A DNA stretch of 64,000 nt, taken from NCBI RefSeq assembly GCF_964204645.1, contig NC_134029.1, forward strand, positions 13,728,850 to 13,792,849, given 5' to 3'. This DNA comes from Tubulanus polymorphus (lineage: Eukaryota; Animalia; Nemertea). Position 1 is the first letter of the stretch, and every line of letters begins with the position of its first letter. The translations under genes were made by a program, and so were the position numbers. Shown in pieces: positions 1 to 13,513 of this stretch. The notes beneath the pieces were generated by a model. That model did no database searches, was not told the origin of the DNA, and saw nothing but the letters and a program-made list of their open reading frames with translations.

Positions 1-725
1 ATTGCGGAATTAAAAGAATAATTAAATCTCATAATTTACTAGTTCAATTAGATAGAGAATTTAAGAATTGTGTAGATTTAAAATTAGTTAATATAAGTTT
101 ATGTAATTCTTTTTATGATATAACGGATAAAACTATTGAAGATAATACTTTTTTAATTCATAGTGGAAATGTAGATAAATGGTTTCATATAATTTTAAAA
201 CCAGGATTATATAATTTAGAAACATTAGCTCAAGAAATTAATCGAAGAGCACGGTTGAAAATTAGAAGAGATGATAAATTTTTAATTAGATTTATAAAAA
301 GTGATAGCACAAATAAAATTAAAATAAAGGTATATGATGAAAGTCAACATGCATTTATGGTAAAAAAACCATTAGCTAAATTGCTAGGAATTGCACCAGA
401 TACTGTTACAGGAAACATAGATGGTAATTCAAATATAATACCTTTTACACACTTTTATATTTATTGCAATTTAATCGAGCCTACAAAAACTTTCGAAGCA
501 ACTAAAGAAACAATTTGTAGTTCTAGTATACTAAATATTTTACCGCTAAAAAATTTTAAACAATTTGGAACTCAAATAAATGATAATTTAACAGAATGTG
601 ATTTTAAACCTTGCATTCCTCAATTTAATAATTTTAAATTAGAAATAAGAAATCACAATGGATATTTAATTGATTTGAATAACTTTCCTGTAATTTATGA
701 ATTAGTTATAAGATGTAGAGAGTAA
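1..725 (+). pseudogene. putative minor capsid (penton-like) protein, 5' damaged
   Basis: Homologous to 54683-55479 and 31003-31760. C-terminal FYIYCNLI...ILNILP...LEIRNHNGYLIDLNN resembles Polinton penton C-termini. Confidence 0.65.
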
Positions 726-756
726 TTTTTTCATTATATAAATGAATATAACTAAT

Positions 757-2056
757 ATGGCTAGACATATGAAAAAACATGATGAAAATTATAAACCCCC
801 TAAACTAAACTGTCCAAAATGTAATAAATTATTCTCAAGAAATTATGTTTAAAAAAATTCAGAGAAGTGTAGAATTAATGACACAACGGTTAATGTTGAT
901 AGTAACGAAAGTAATAGTAATTCTGTTGAAGTTGAACCTGAAATTATTTGGAAAAGACCTTTTTTATTCTATGATAAGGATAATATAAAAGATCATTTCT
1001 GTGAGCCTTGTCGAATAAAATATAGCCCTGAAAATATAGAAGATTGGAGAATCATCAATTTCGTAAAGTACATATAGATAAAATTTCTAATAAATTTGAA
1101 ACTGAATTCAATGAAAGAAAAAATAATTTATTAGAAAAAATAAAATATGAGAAAACGTTACCAGATAATAAAGAAACAGTTGAAAAGTTAGAAAAACAAT
1201 ATAATGAATTAACAAGAAAAACATATTATTGTAAATATTGTAAATTGATTATTACAACAAGTAATTCAAATCTACATAATAGAACAATAAAACATAAAGA
1301 AAACGTAAGAAAATACAAGGAGCTTAATGAAGATCTATTACCAATAAATTATAAACAAAAATGCCCACAATGTAATTATGCGACCTTAAGACAAGAAGGT
1401 ACTGTGTTATTTTGTAATGAATGTGGATGGCAAAAGAATTTATGGGGTGATGAAAAAACTAGAGATTTTCTCATAGAACCAAAATTAAATTATCTAGATG
1501 AAATTTTTAAAATATTTTCTATAGAAGATCATACACCAGAATATATGCAATGGCTTGAAAAAATGAAAATGATAGAAAATAAAAATGGTGAAATAACTAA
1601 AAAAGATATTATAAAAACAATTATTCCATCAACATTTAACACAAAACAAAAGAAAATGTATTTATATTTATTATTTAATGATTATTATGAAAAACCTAAA
1701 TTAACAGAAAAAGATATGGAAAATATAAAAAAAACATTCAAACAAATATTATCAAAATATTATCAAATATTATGTATCATTTGGAAAATAGAATAACAGA
1801 TTCAATTAATTATGAATTCTTTTTAAATAAGATTGTAAATTATTTAAACATCGATATTATAATTCCATATAATTTTGATGAATTAACAAACAAAAAGAAA
1901 CAAAGAGAGCGAGATGAAATGTGGCACAATATAACACGTGATTTAAATGAGAAAAATGAAATGGAAGAACCTAAACAAATTATACAAGAACAATTAAATG
2001 AAAATGAAGAAGCCAAAAGTGATTTCGAGTATGATGATATTGATTTTCTGTTTTAA
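757..2056 (+). pseudogene. zinc-finger/VLTF3-like protein, frameshifted and lacking its start
   Basis: ORFs 1044-1796 and 1772-2056 match the intact 429-aa ORF 53336-54625. Confidence 0.8.
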
Positions 2057-5000
2057 TGGCCATAAGGTAATGTTTTTATACCATCATCTAAAATATGCCT
2101 TTTATCATCAAATGGATTCAAACTAGTTTTTTCAACTTCATTATTGTACATCTCGTGATTTTCTGATCTTAAACAATTCATTTTATGTTTCATTACAATT
2201 GAGTTATATAAACACTTTATATAATCTTGAAATTCTATATGTTTATCAACCACATGTTTTGTTATTCCTTTTAACTTTTTAGCTTCATGATCTTTTGTTC
2301 TGTAACTATACATTTTACTTCTTATCCCAACAAATTCAATCATTTCATCACCCCCTAATTCATCTTTAAATTTACCAGGAATCTTTTTATTATCATTGCT
2401 AAATAGTTCATGATCTTTGGGATAATTGCTAAAATCAAAATGATGTTTTAATGTTTTTAAGTCTTTTGTTTTGTCATTTGACTTGATTTTTAGTATGTAA
2501 CTGTCAGTATTTTTGGCAATTAATGGAAATCCACAGTTAAATGTACCATCTTCAGTTGATAAATCATAAACATAATCTGATGGGTTATATATTTCAAATA
2601 AATCTTTAACTTCTTCTGTTAATTCTTTTTCTACATGCCTTAAATTAAAACAATTTGGTTTAGATTTAATTAATTCTATATTCATATTAAATTCTAATGA
2701 ACTGCATAATATATTTAATCCTGATATAGCAACTTTTCCTTTCTATGCAAAGGTTATCTTTTTATCCTTTGTAAATTTTTTAGTGCCATCTGCGGCATAG
2801 AATCCAATGAAGAACCACTTTCTTAAATTATTTTTTGCATTTAATACATAATCTGGTACTATCTTTTCTTTTGTTGAAGTATCACTTTTCACTATTGCAT
2901 GAATATAGAATTCATCATTATATTTTATAGCAAAATCTTTAGGATTATTTACAAGTATTCTATAAACTGCTGATGATTTCATAACATCTATGATTTTAAA
3001 TGTTTTATGAGAATAAACTTCTTCACAGAATTTCTTAATTCTTTCTAATAATTTCAAATCTTGATTGCATAAATACCAACATTATCTATTACCCCAAACA
3101 TATTTATACACACCTGCTGAACCATCACCCATGACAAATCCTTTGATAAAATATTCTTTTTCTTCTAATGTTTCAGGTTCTATATTATAAATATTATCAA
3201 TAATTTCATCAAATGACATATGATTCATTCTTTGGAAAAATCTTTTATGTAATTATTCATCTCCAATTTTTATATCAGTTGGTTTTATTTCATAACCATT
3301 TCGTTTAATCAAACTATGATTTTCTGTAACATCTACAAACCCTAATTTAGTTCTAACTCTATAGATTTTCTTATTTGTTTTAAGTCTAATAATATTCTTT
3401 AATTTTTTCCATCCATTTCTTGTCCAAACATCCATTAATTCATTTATTTGTATTAATTCTTTTTCACCATATGAAATATAACATTCATTTTGTTTTGGAA
3501 TTATTTCTGAAATTCTTCTTATCAATATTTTATCGTTACATTTTAATAATATTAGGGTGTCAGCTGTTACAGAATCAAAATATGATATTTCAATATGCTT
3601 TTCCCCAAAAAGTGGTTGTAAAACATTATAATAAAAATCATACATTAATAATTTTGATACTTCTAAAACAGTTGAACCAATGAATATAGGTTTATTAAAT
3701 TTCATTGACGTTCTTTTTAATTTAACTGCTGTTAAATAATCTTCAAATCTTTTATTTCCTAAATGTCTAGGACTTGATTGTAAATGTCTTAATCGTTCAG
3801 AATTATTTACTAATTCAATATCATTTCTATTTCTAATATTTTCACATGTTTTACCATAAAAACTATTATTCATTAATTTGAATAAATCTTTTTCAAAATC
3901 TGTTTTTGATATGGTTCTCTGTTGAGTATTGAAATCTATATATTTTTCTAACCACTTCGATTGATTAAATTCAATATATCTATGTACTTTCTTTAATTTC
4001 ATTCCTTGTTTTAGATAAAATTTTAACACTCTATAATGAACAATATAATTATATTTATTATTTTGAGTAAGTATTAATTTTTCTGTAAAAACATGATCTT
4101 TCGGTTTTATTTTCTTCTGGTATTTACTTAAATAACTATCATCTACAGTTAAATGTTCTGGGCAATAAGGTAAGTTTCTTGTTTTAAACTTTATATTTTC
4201 AGGATATTCTAAATCAACTACAAAGAAATAACCAATTGGTGCTTCATCTTTTAAACTCGCAATTTCGCTTTCCATATCAGTTTTATCACCATTTTCAACT
4301 TCTGTTAATATAAAATTTTTATATGGTTGAGGTTGCATCATTGCCCAACCATATAAATTATTGGCGTCAATATATAATAATTTATATTCATCATTTGCTT
4401 TAAAATACCTATCTCCCATAACACCACTAATTCCACCTCTAATTGATTTTTCAAATAATAAAACCATGTCTGGTTCTTTTAATAAATCTAATTCTACATT
4501 TGTGTATTTTAAACCACATTGCCAGGTTAAACCAGGACTAGAGTAGCAATAACAAGGATCAACATTAAAATGATTCAAATTTACCTCTCTAAATTTTTCA
4601 AATATGTCAGCCAATATCATAACATCTGATTTTAAATATAAATCAACTAATTCACCATGATTTTTGATCTTAAAATGGTTCCAAATATTTAATGTTCTAT
4701 TAAACACTTCGTCTTTCACATACTCCTCTTTTAATTGATCATAAAATTGATCTTTTAATAATTCTGTTACATTAAAATCATTGTGTGTTTTATAAAATGA
4801 ATAAGGAATTGCACCTTTATATCTCAATAATTTAAAATCTTGTTCATTTGGATAATAATATCGAGTTATTATAAAATCATTATCAACTAAACTTTTTGAT
4901 AAATTATCTAATGAACTTGCTAGAAATCTATAAGAATCTAAAAATCTAATGCAACCAAATTGAAATGAAATAAAATTTTCAGATGTTTTAGCTAATAGTT

Positions 5001-6957
5001 TAAAATCATATTTTCTTACATTTACACCATTCATAGCATTATATTCTTCTATTTCTTGATTAATTGCGCCCAATTTTCCCGATAATTGTTTTATAAATAA
5101 TAGATGGGTATCATAGCCTGATAAATTATGAAATAATATTGGTACGAAATTAACTTTCTTAGCTTGTAAATTGCAATCTTCATGAGCAGCTCCACGATAT
5201 TTTGAATTTAAATGATCGTGATCTCTAACTTTTTTATCAAATGAATAAAAACGTTTTTCACAATAACAACAATGAGTTGCATAATTAAAATCAATTTCAT
5301 CTTCTTTTGTCATAACTATTCTTTTATTTTTGTTAAATAATTTTGCAAAATCACTTTCTAATTCAATCATTTTGTCACAAAAATCATTAACTACACTTTC
5401 ATATAATTCAGGATAATTTGATTTGATGTAAATTCCATAAGCAGCAGCTCTTTGGTGAACTTTTTTAATTGTATTTATAATGGATGGGTCTTGTGTTGTG
5501 TCTTCATTTAATTCATTTCCTTTATCCATTGATTTTAATAATTGCTTTTTGTTATATATTTCTTTTCTATCTTGATCGGTTAATTCTTTATTCAACGATT
5601 CAAAATCCCCATAAATTACAAATGGAACAATATTCTTAAATTTTTGATTAGTAAATTTCAATTTATAATCTTTTTCCGTTGGCATTATTAATTTACAAAA
5701 ATCTTTATTATCACATAATTCTTTATGTTTTAATAATGTATTCTCAGTCATAAATTTAGATAAACATTTTCTACATAAATAAATTTTATTATGGTGATCA
5801 CTTTCTGTTCTAAAGAATAAATCAATTTGTTTCATCATCATAATATTCTGTTAAATATAAAGCTTCCAATGTATAATCTTTAATATTTTCACCTTTTGTA
5901 TTTGGTAATTGCATTAATTCAAATACATTTATTTTTAAATTATTAACTTTTTCTATTTTGGGTATCATTTTTATAGTTACTGGATATTGATCAATTTTAT
6001 ATAATGTTTCATATTTCCGGTAATATGTTATTCTACAAACATTTTCCAGTGTTGGATGTAAGCAACTAATAATTGACCATTGAAAACATTTATTATCTTC
6101 ATTTTGAATATTTATTACTGCTTTTGTTGTAAATGGTAATTTAATATAAGATGATGCTTTAATATCCTTTTCTGTTGTAAAGTTTGAATCATTTTTAAAC
6201 ATTTTATTACTTTTTGATGTTTTATTTCTTTTTGTATTATAAACATTTAAATCTAAGTATATAATTTCATTCAATGTTAAGCCAGAACCCTCAAAATATC
6301 TTTCTTCAATATGACGTTTAAATTCATTAAATATTTTTTCTAACTTCTCTTTTATTTGTATTTTTGAAATTATTTCTTCAGAAAGTGTTTGAATATTATA
6401 ATCCATTTTATCTTCTGACTTTAAAAAACTTACTTTTCCCAGAGATACTAATTTTTGGATATTCAACATCTGTTATCAAATCTAGTATTTTTTCTATTAT
6501 TTCATTAAATTTACTATAATCTTCTATTGTTGTACCTTTAAAAAATCTAAATATAATAGCTGCAGGACCAATTTTACTACGTAATCTTTCTAATATTTCA
6601 ATTGTATCTTTTATTTCTAGTGAATCAATATAATTTCTAACATTTTCCATGTAAGGTTTATTTGAAAAGGATTTAGTTTTTGAAGTTGGTTTTTTTACTT
6701 GTTGAGGTTTATCATCAAAATAATCTTTTCCTTACAAACTTCACATTTTATTTCATCCACATTCATATTTTCTAATCGTTCTTTTCTTTCACATTGGAAT
6801 TTTCTGGAGTTTCAAAATCTATAACATTTTTTATATGATTTGAAGATTTTTCATATTTAGATTTATTAGATTTATCGATGTATTTTTTACAATATGGGCA
6901 ATAATATTGATTTTTATTAACATTATTGTTTTCTGTCTGGTACTCACTCTCTCCCAT
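2053..6957 (-). pseudogene. polB: protein-primed DNA polymerase B (type A), intein-containing, disrupted
   Basis: Exo motifs YGDFES and FHNLSGYD; Pol motifs YIDANNLYG, KLMNNSFYGK, YFD|TDS and KLKG. ORFs 6772-6957, 6408-6650, 5822-6469, 3253-5841 and 2053-2685 are colinear with 49395-53339. Confidence 0.95.
2509..3573 (-). mobile_element. intein with LAGLIDADG homing endonuclease, 1065 bp (355 codons), three in-frame stops
   Basis: In-frame insertion between YFD and TDS. Block A SVTADT, block B VDVTENHSL, LAGLIDADG helices FIKGFVMGDG and FFIGFYAADG, block F VYDLSTEDGTF, end IAKN followed by Thr. Absent from homologues at 52883/52884 and 30075/30076. Confidence 0.93.
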
Positions 6958-7042
6958 TTATAAGGAAAAAAAATTACTTGTGGTGATGAGTGGTGTCTCG
7001 TACTCTCGTACTCTGATCTGAAAGCCTACTTTCCCTATTACT
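6958..7042 (-). repeat. element terminus plus pPolB promoter (type A)
   Basis: AGTAAT start, GAGTAC direct repeats, then CACTCATCACCACAAGTAATTTTTT...TAAATG, as at 49308-49397. Confidence 0.8.
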
Positions 7043-8030
7043 GGAGTATTCTTCTTTGAATCCTTCGATCTGATATCCTCGAATTATCTATTCTTCGATG
7101 TTTAGTAACTCATCTGCAGACAGCTCGCCTTCACTCCTCTCAGTTTTCGGTACTCTACAATTGTCGATGAATCTGTGTACCCACGCATGAACGCGCAATA
7201 GACGATTCCATTGTGAATATCGTTCTGGATTCAAACGCCAATCTTCGTCAGTTTCTTTAAGTTTGATAAGCATCGTGAATTATGTCTCCCTGGAGATGAA
7301 TTCTTGCTTCAGTTCTTGTTTGGCTACCTGGCTTGTCTCGACTCGATTCACTGACCACTCGTCTTCATTCTTCACGAGAAATCTTGGACCAGTCCACCAT
7401 ATACTATTTTCATCCGCCAGTTCATCTGCGGTCATACCCTTCGATGCTAAATCGGCAGGATTAGCTTTCGTAGGTACGTATCTCCATTGTGTTGGTCTGG
7501 TCTTACTTTGAATTTCACCGACTCTGTGTGCTATAAACGTCTTCAGAGTTCTACTTCGGTTTCTAATCCACCATAACACATTCAAACTATCTGACCAGAA
7601 GATGACTTCTTTCATATTCATCTCGTATACCTCAGCAATTCTTTCAACCAGACGCAATCCTAGAATAGCTCCCATCATTTCAAGTCTTGGTATGCTACCA
7701 GACATTAAAGGAGCGACTCTAGACTTAGCTGCGATCATTCGGCTTGAAACTTCGTCTGCACCCTTGTACGTGCACACCACGTATACAACTGCACCGTTAA
7801 CATCTTGTGATGCGTCTACAAATGCGTGTAGTTGGTGTTGCCTCCGATGCGACTCGTATGCACCTAGGTATTCTTATCTTGTGCAGATCGTCTAGTTCTG
7901 CAAACCATTTCTTTATCTTCTTCTCAAGATCTGGATTCAGCTCTTCGTCCCATTCTACACCGTCCACCCACATCTCTTGCATGATTATCTTAGACCGTAA
8001 GATAAATGGAGTGAGAAATCCGAGTTATCT
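7043..8030 (-). mobile_element. Bel/Pao LTR-retrotransposon pol fragment (RNase H region)
   Basis: AAKSRVAP, SIPRLEMMGAILG, WSDS and WRYVPTKANPADLASKG motifs; higher GC than the flanks. Confidence 0.9.
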
Positions 8031-9047
8031 TTGATAAAACCTTTCTTTTGGTGTACGCAAATCCTTCATCTGGACTTATATTCTACTGATTTGACATTTG
8101 AAGTATCTTATATTCTATCTAGAAATGATTTGTTGTTCTCACTGTGTGGTTGTTTACTCTCCATTTATAATTCATATTTTTATTAAAATTGATTGACACG
8201 CTAGAATCCCAGAACTAATTAAAAGTGAATATTATCATTATAGAAATGAAAATGTTATCAATCATTTTTGTGACTTATTAATTGAGTATGAAATCAAATT
8301 TAGTAAACTATTAGACAAAAAAGACAAAACTATATGGATTATATTAACAAGGAATTATATGATCAGAAGATTTCACATAGAGATTTTCAATCAGTTGATG
8401 ATGCAATGAGTTTATATAACGCGGTAACCAATAAAGAAAAATTACATCTGTATAAACCTAAATTATCAGATTATTATACCCCAAGTAAAGAACAACAGAA
8501 ATATGAAATAATATGGATTTTAGGTGGAACAGTTATTGTATTATTTGTTGCTTATAAATTTACTAATTAGTAATTTCTTTTTGCTAAATAAATGGATGAT
8601 AAAGTTGATAATATTGATATTATTCCTCATGATATAAACAAAACTAAATTAAAAATATATTTAGAAAAACAAATATTAAAATTTGAAAGTGACTTAAAGA
8701 TAAAAAAGAAAAAATATTTTAAAAGTAAAATTATATATTATTTTATTATCAGTGGTTCGGTTACAATTAGTTCTGAAATAACATTTCTAGCAATATTCAG
8801 TCCATTAACACCTTTAGCTATATCAATTGACGTGCTAGGATAAGGTACAAGTGTTTTAACTGGTATAAGTTCAAAATTAAATATAAAAAGTAATAAAGAA
8901 AAAATTAAAACTAATATAAAAGAAATTAATAAATTGAAGAATAAACTAGATTATATAATAAGTTTAAATGGCAATATAACAGTTGAAGAACAAGATGAAT
9001 TAAGAATTAATAAGAATTAATAAATTATTAATTTTTTTATTATATAG

Positions 9048-10360
9048 ATGGGGTTTCCAAAAGCTTTCCAATATAATAAATCAATTAAATATAATATTCC
9101 TGCAATAGATTTTAAAAAAATATTACATATAAAAATTTCGTTTTAAATTCATTACCTAATTTAGAAATTTATGTTACTGAATCACAGTTTTTTATTTCTA
9201 AAATGGAAAATATATTTAATACATATGGAGTTACTTTTACTTGAGATGAATATCATATATATAAAGTAAAATCTAATATGAAATATTGGCAGAATCAATT
9301 AAATTTTGCTGTTTATTGTGCAACAACTGGTTGTGGTATAAGTTGGAATGATCATTTAAATAACTTAGATGAAAATTTGAATTATTCTGACTTAAAATTA
9401 ATTCACACAATATTTAGATTTCACACATATTTTCAAATCAGAATAATATTAAATGAATTAGAATGTCCTTTACCCGGATCTAAATATTTTAAAGAATTGG
9501 ATAATAAGATTAATCTATCTAGGTTTTATAAAATATGTAATGAATTTAATATAAATATTAAATCCGATTTTAGAGCGCATGGTAAATTGCAAGGTATTGG
9601 TATGAAATAAAAAGAATTGATTATATGCATAGAATTTGTGCTTATCATAATTATAGAATTGATAATAATAATGGTTGGATTAATTTTATTTTAGAAAATA
9701 GTGAAGGTTTTACAAAATCAGGTATACAAAGAATAAATCAATCAAGTATAACTTATTTAATTTGTATTTTAGGTGCGCAAGTTGAAACAAGATCACCAAT
9801 AGTTGAAATGATAACACTTCATTCGATGCGCAGAAACAATTCAAAGTATTATTTGAAGATTCCATTCATAATGATAAAAATAGATCGATTCCAGAAAACA
9901 TTGTAAGATATCAAAATTATTTGGATAAATCACATATTAGATTAAATTATTGTATAGGCCCTAATCTATTGATTATTTCTAATGATTTAGTATTAAAGAT
10001 GGGAAACATAATTGGTTATAATAATCTAATTAAAACTGCAACAATAAATAATTCATTTGGATTAAATGATATAAATAAAAAGATTTTTGCTGCTCCAAGA
10101 TTAATGGAAGGTGAGAAAATAAAAAACATATTCAATCAACAGAAACTAAAACGAAGAATAGTAAATTAAATAATGATTCTAAAATAAAAGATTACAATAC
10201 TTCACACGGTGATATTAAAACTGATAATGGTGCCGTACAGCACGATATTCAACATGAAATAATTAAAACTGATAATGATAATAAATCCCATGAAAATGCT
10301 AAATTAGCTATAACTTGTATAGGAATTTTAATCGGAGGAATATTATATTTTAAATTTTAA
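9048..10360 (+). pseudogene. homologue of the 442-aa conserved protein with C-terminal TM helix
   Basis: YWQNQLNFAVYCATTGCG motif; several frameshifts relative to 56992-58320. Confidence 0.8.
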
Positions 10361-11924
10361 TTTTTTTATTATGCAAATGACAGAAGGTGGAGAAGCTTAT
10401 GAAATGAAAGACATGGGAAATAATAATGAAGGATTTATACCTGATGAACCACAACCCAATTTAAATGAAACTGATATTGATGATGATAATTCATCAGCGC
10501 GTAATTCTAATTTAGCAGAGAGTGGTTCTAAAGCCCCATCAACAGATGAATATGAAAGAAGAATTAGATCGAGAATAGATCCTGAAAATGAAAATTCAGA
10601 TTTAGTAAGACAAGATTTAGAATATAATGAAATTATTTATAAATTACAACCTGTATTTGAAAATTCTAGATATAATATCAATGATAGAGGTGTAAGATAA
10701 TGGTGAATATTATTATCATTTGAAAGATGATTATTATATTAATATCACTTATAAACGTGAAAACAAAATACTAGCAGAATCACCTTTGAGTAATTTAGAA
10801 TCATCTAGAATTAAAAGAATAAGTTATAATAGTAATTAACTAGGAGATGTAACACAAGAAGAAATAAATCAAAATAAAAGAGGATTTAAACAAAGAATTA
10901 ATGAATTATTTGAAACAATCAATAATAATTTAGAACCAGAAACAACTTCTGGTAAACTTAAATCAAATAAAGTTCCAATTGAAAAACTTTTACCAAATGG
11001 ATTAATTGATGCAACAGATCAAGAATTAGAAGAATTAGATATATTTTCTGATAAGGCAATTAGAGAAATCATTAGTATAAGACTTGCATCTGATAAAATT
11101 CCGCATGATAAAAGTATAAGAGATTTTAAAATTAGAACTTTAGAAAAAGATAGAACTGATAAAATTAAAGAAATAGAACAATTAAAGTCTGATTTAGAAC
11201 GACAAGTAATTGATGAAATAGAATATAGACAAAAAGAATTACGTTTAGGAAAAGAAATTGATAATTTAAAAGATAATTTAGAAGTACAGAAAGAAGAAAT
11301 TAAATTATTATTAAAATCATTTGATTATAATATTAATAGATTAAAAGTTATTAGGAAGGTCGATGGTATAAATGTAATTAGATTAAGATTATTAATGAGA
11401 GTAGGAATACAAAGAAGTATTGCGAGAGGAGATCCGGCATCGCTTGCGTAGTTGGTACTCTGACGATTGAAAAACTCTAGTTGGGATGATAAAGGATGAA
11501 AGAAGATATCAGGTGTAAGAAGACAGAATAATTATGACGTGATGTTAAATATCGTAGAAGATGATGACCACCAATTGGAAACGGAAGGAACTATATTCTT
11601 AGCGTACTGATATGAGTACCGAAGTGAAAGATCTATTTTAGAAGAGAGCGTGGCGCTGCAAAGTTGGGTGTTCTCGGAGCCACCCTTTTTTCATTGTCTC
11701 AAAAACGGAAACGCACTCGTACTCGCAAACAACAACCGTTTATTACGATAGGCGGCGCATAGTTGGCGAAAATATTAAAGCGACTTATTTAGTAGTAGGT
11801 TTTAACGACTTATAGGCGCTTTGGGTTTTAATTTATGTTAGTAATGAAATATTATGATTGCATCAAATGACTTTCAACTTATAAAAACGGAGATTTTCCT
11901 TACGGAAAATACGGATATAGTTAT

Positions 11925-11980
11925 CCTCGAACCCGCGACCTTGCGCCTGACAAGACAACGCTATTCCAATGCGCCACGGA
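11925..11980 (-). other. tRNA-like (SINE-head or pseudo-tRNA) sequence inside a foreign segment at about 11355-11998
   Basis: Reverse complement TCCGTGGCGCATTGGAATAGCG...GGTCGCGGGTTCGAG has A-box and B-box spacing; no complete cloverleaf. Confidence 0.4.
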
Positions 11981-11998
11981 TTCTAACCGACGGCAGAG

Positions 11999-12792
11999 GT
12001 GATATATGGAAGCAAATATAAAATTCCATTAGACTTTGAATTGATAAATAATTATGCAGCTTTATATAAATACGCAATTCAAGAAGATGTTATATTCGAG
12101 ATAACATTTGCTCCTGTAAATGAAAGTGTATTATCTAGCGTTGTTAAAGATATGGGTTATAAATTATGGAATATATGTTTAGAATATGATACAGTAACTA
12201 ATGAAAATATTGCTAACACAATTCAAACTCAATACAATCAAGGATTTTCATTATTATATGATTATATTGATAAATTTAAAACTGTAACTATTAATGCAAG
12301 TGATGAAATAATTAATGAGAATATTAACTCCCAAGAAGATCTATTAAAGGTATATTAATATTTTTTACCATTGCAACATATTCTTATGGCGCAATACAGG
12401 TTGATAAGTATTATAATCCTGAAATAACAAAAGTAGAATTAACTATCGAAGGAATAGCAAATAAAATATTTTGTCAAGGAATAAGAATGATAGATCAATG
12501 GCCAGAAATTAGAAAACATTTTATGAATGAAAAAGTAAAATCATCTGAAAATTGTAATATTAGTCAAATTGATTATTATACCGGTAATAAATATGCACTA
12601 TGGTTAGATTTTAGAACAACAGAGGATAATTCATTACATGGTTCTGGAAAAAAACTACAAAATACAAAAGATGGAATACAATTATTCGTGAAAAAGAAAA
12701 AAGGAATCAAAAATTTCAAAATGCACATTTATATTTTATCTGACGCATAATTAAATATTATGAATTCTCAATTAAATAGTGTTATGTATTAG
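11999..12792 (+). pseudogene. putative major capsid protein, 3' part
   Basis: Matches the C-terminal two thirds of 59816-61063, with a frameshift and a stop. Confidence 0.7.
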
Positions 12793-13189
12793 AATTTTAA
12801 TTTTAATAAAAATTTATATAATAAATGGACGCAGGTAAAGTATATAAACATATTCCATACATCGATACACATGAAAATAATGATGGTTTATATTATGTAA
12901 TACCTTGTAATATATCTTTGATATTTGATCCTATTTTCAAAAATTATAAAACTAAACTAATAGAAATCGATAATAATAAAAGTGAAGTTGCTGATAATTT
13001 AAGTAATGAAATTGATAATAATGTTTTACCTTCTACATCAAATAACGTTTTACCTTCTACATCAAATAATGAAATAATATTAAATATTAGTGAAAATAGA
13101 AATTATTGTGGCTACTGTAAAAGTGAATTTTCAAACAGTCAATCAAATTGGAATAATCATATGAATACAGCTTCACATATTACTAATGT

Positions 13190-13513
13190 AATAGAGCTCA
13201 CTTTTGCATCATGTAAATTAGCACAATCATCTATAATGAATAATGTATTTAATCCTTTATAATTATCAATTGCTATTTTTATATAATTATCTAGATTTTC
13301 TTTTACTGTTTTAGGATCTAATATAATAAACTTTTTTATCTTAACTATATACGTTTTATTCATTTCATAAGTAGAACAAAATAATATTATATTATCAAAA
13401 TGATTCTTATAAATAGTTTCTAACAAGTCTAATATGAAATGTGTTTTACCACAGTTGGTTACTCCAGTAACTATCATATTAAGCGGTTCAAATATAAATA
13501 AATCTTTATTCAT
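13190..13513 (-). pseudogene. packaging ATPase, truncated
   Basis: Walker A GVTNCGKT and Walker B LFIIDD. Confidence 0.85.

Larger units (their letters stand above)
1..7042 (-). mobile_element. Polinton-like element copy 1 (type A replication module), rearranged; its left end lies at 7042 inside Bel/Pao sequence
   Basis: pPolB and the convergent zinc-finger gene are near-identical to those at 49395-54625. Reverse complement of the end reads AGTAATAGGGAAAGTAGGCTTTCAG. Confidence 0.85.

Noticed and set aside
2743-3255. Stop-codon readthrough or alternative genetic code in the intein and at 58454/59372
   Set aside because: Other genes end normally in TAA/TAG, sister copies have sense codons at comparable sites (TCA at the 59372 equivalent), and frameshifts are also present, so decay is the simpler explanation.
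3420-4546. Short antisense ORFs over pPolB, and similar ones over Bel/Pao, PLE and structural genes
   Set aside because: Shadow frames of real genes with no independent motifs.
11925-11980. Functional tRNA gene
   Set aside because: A and B boxes are present but the acceptor and T stems are incomplete; kept only as tRNA-like.
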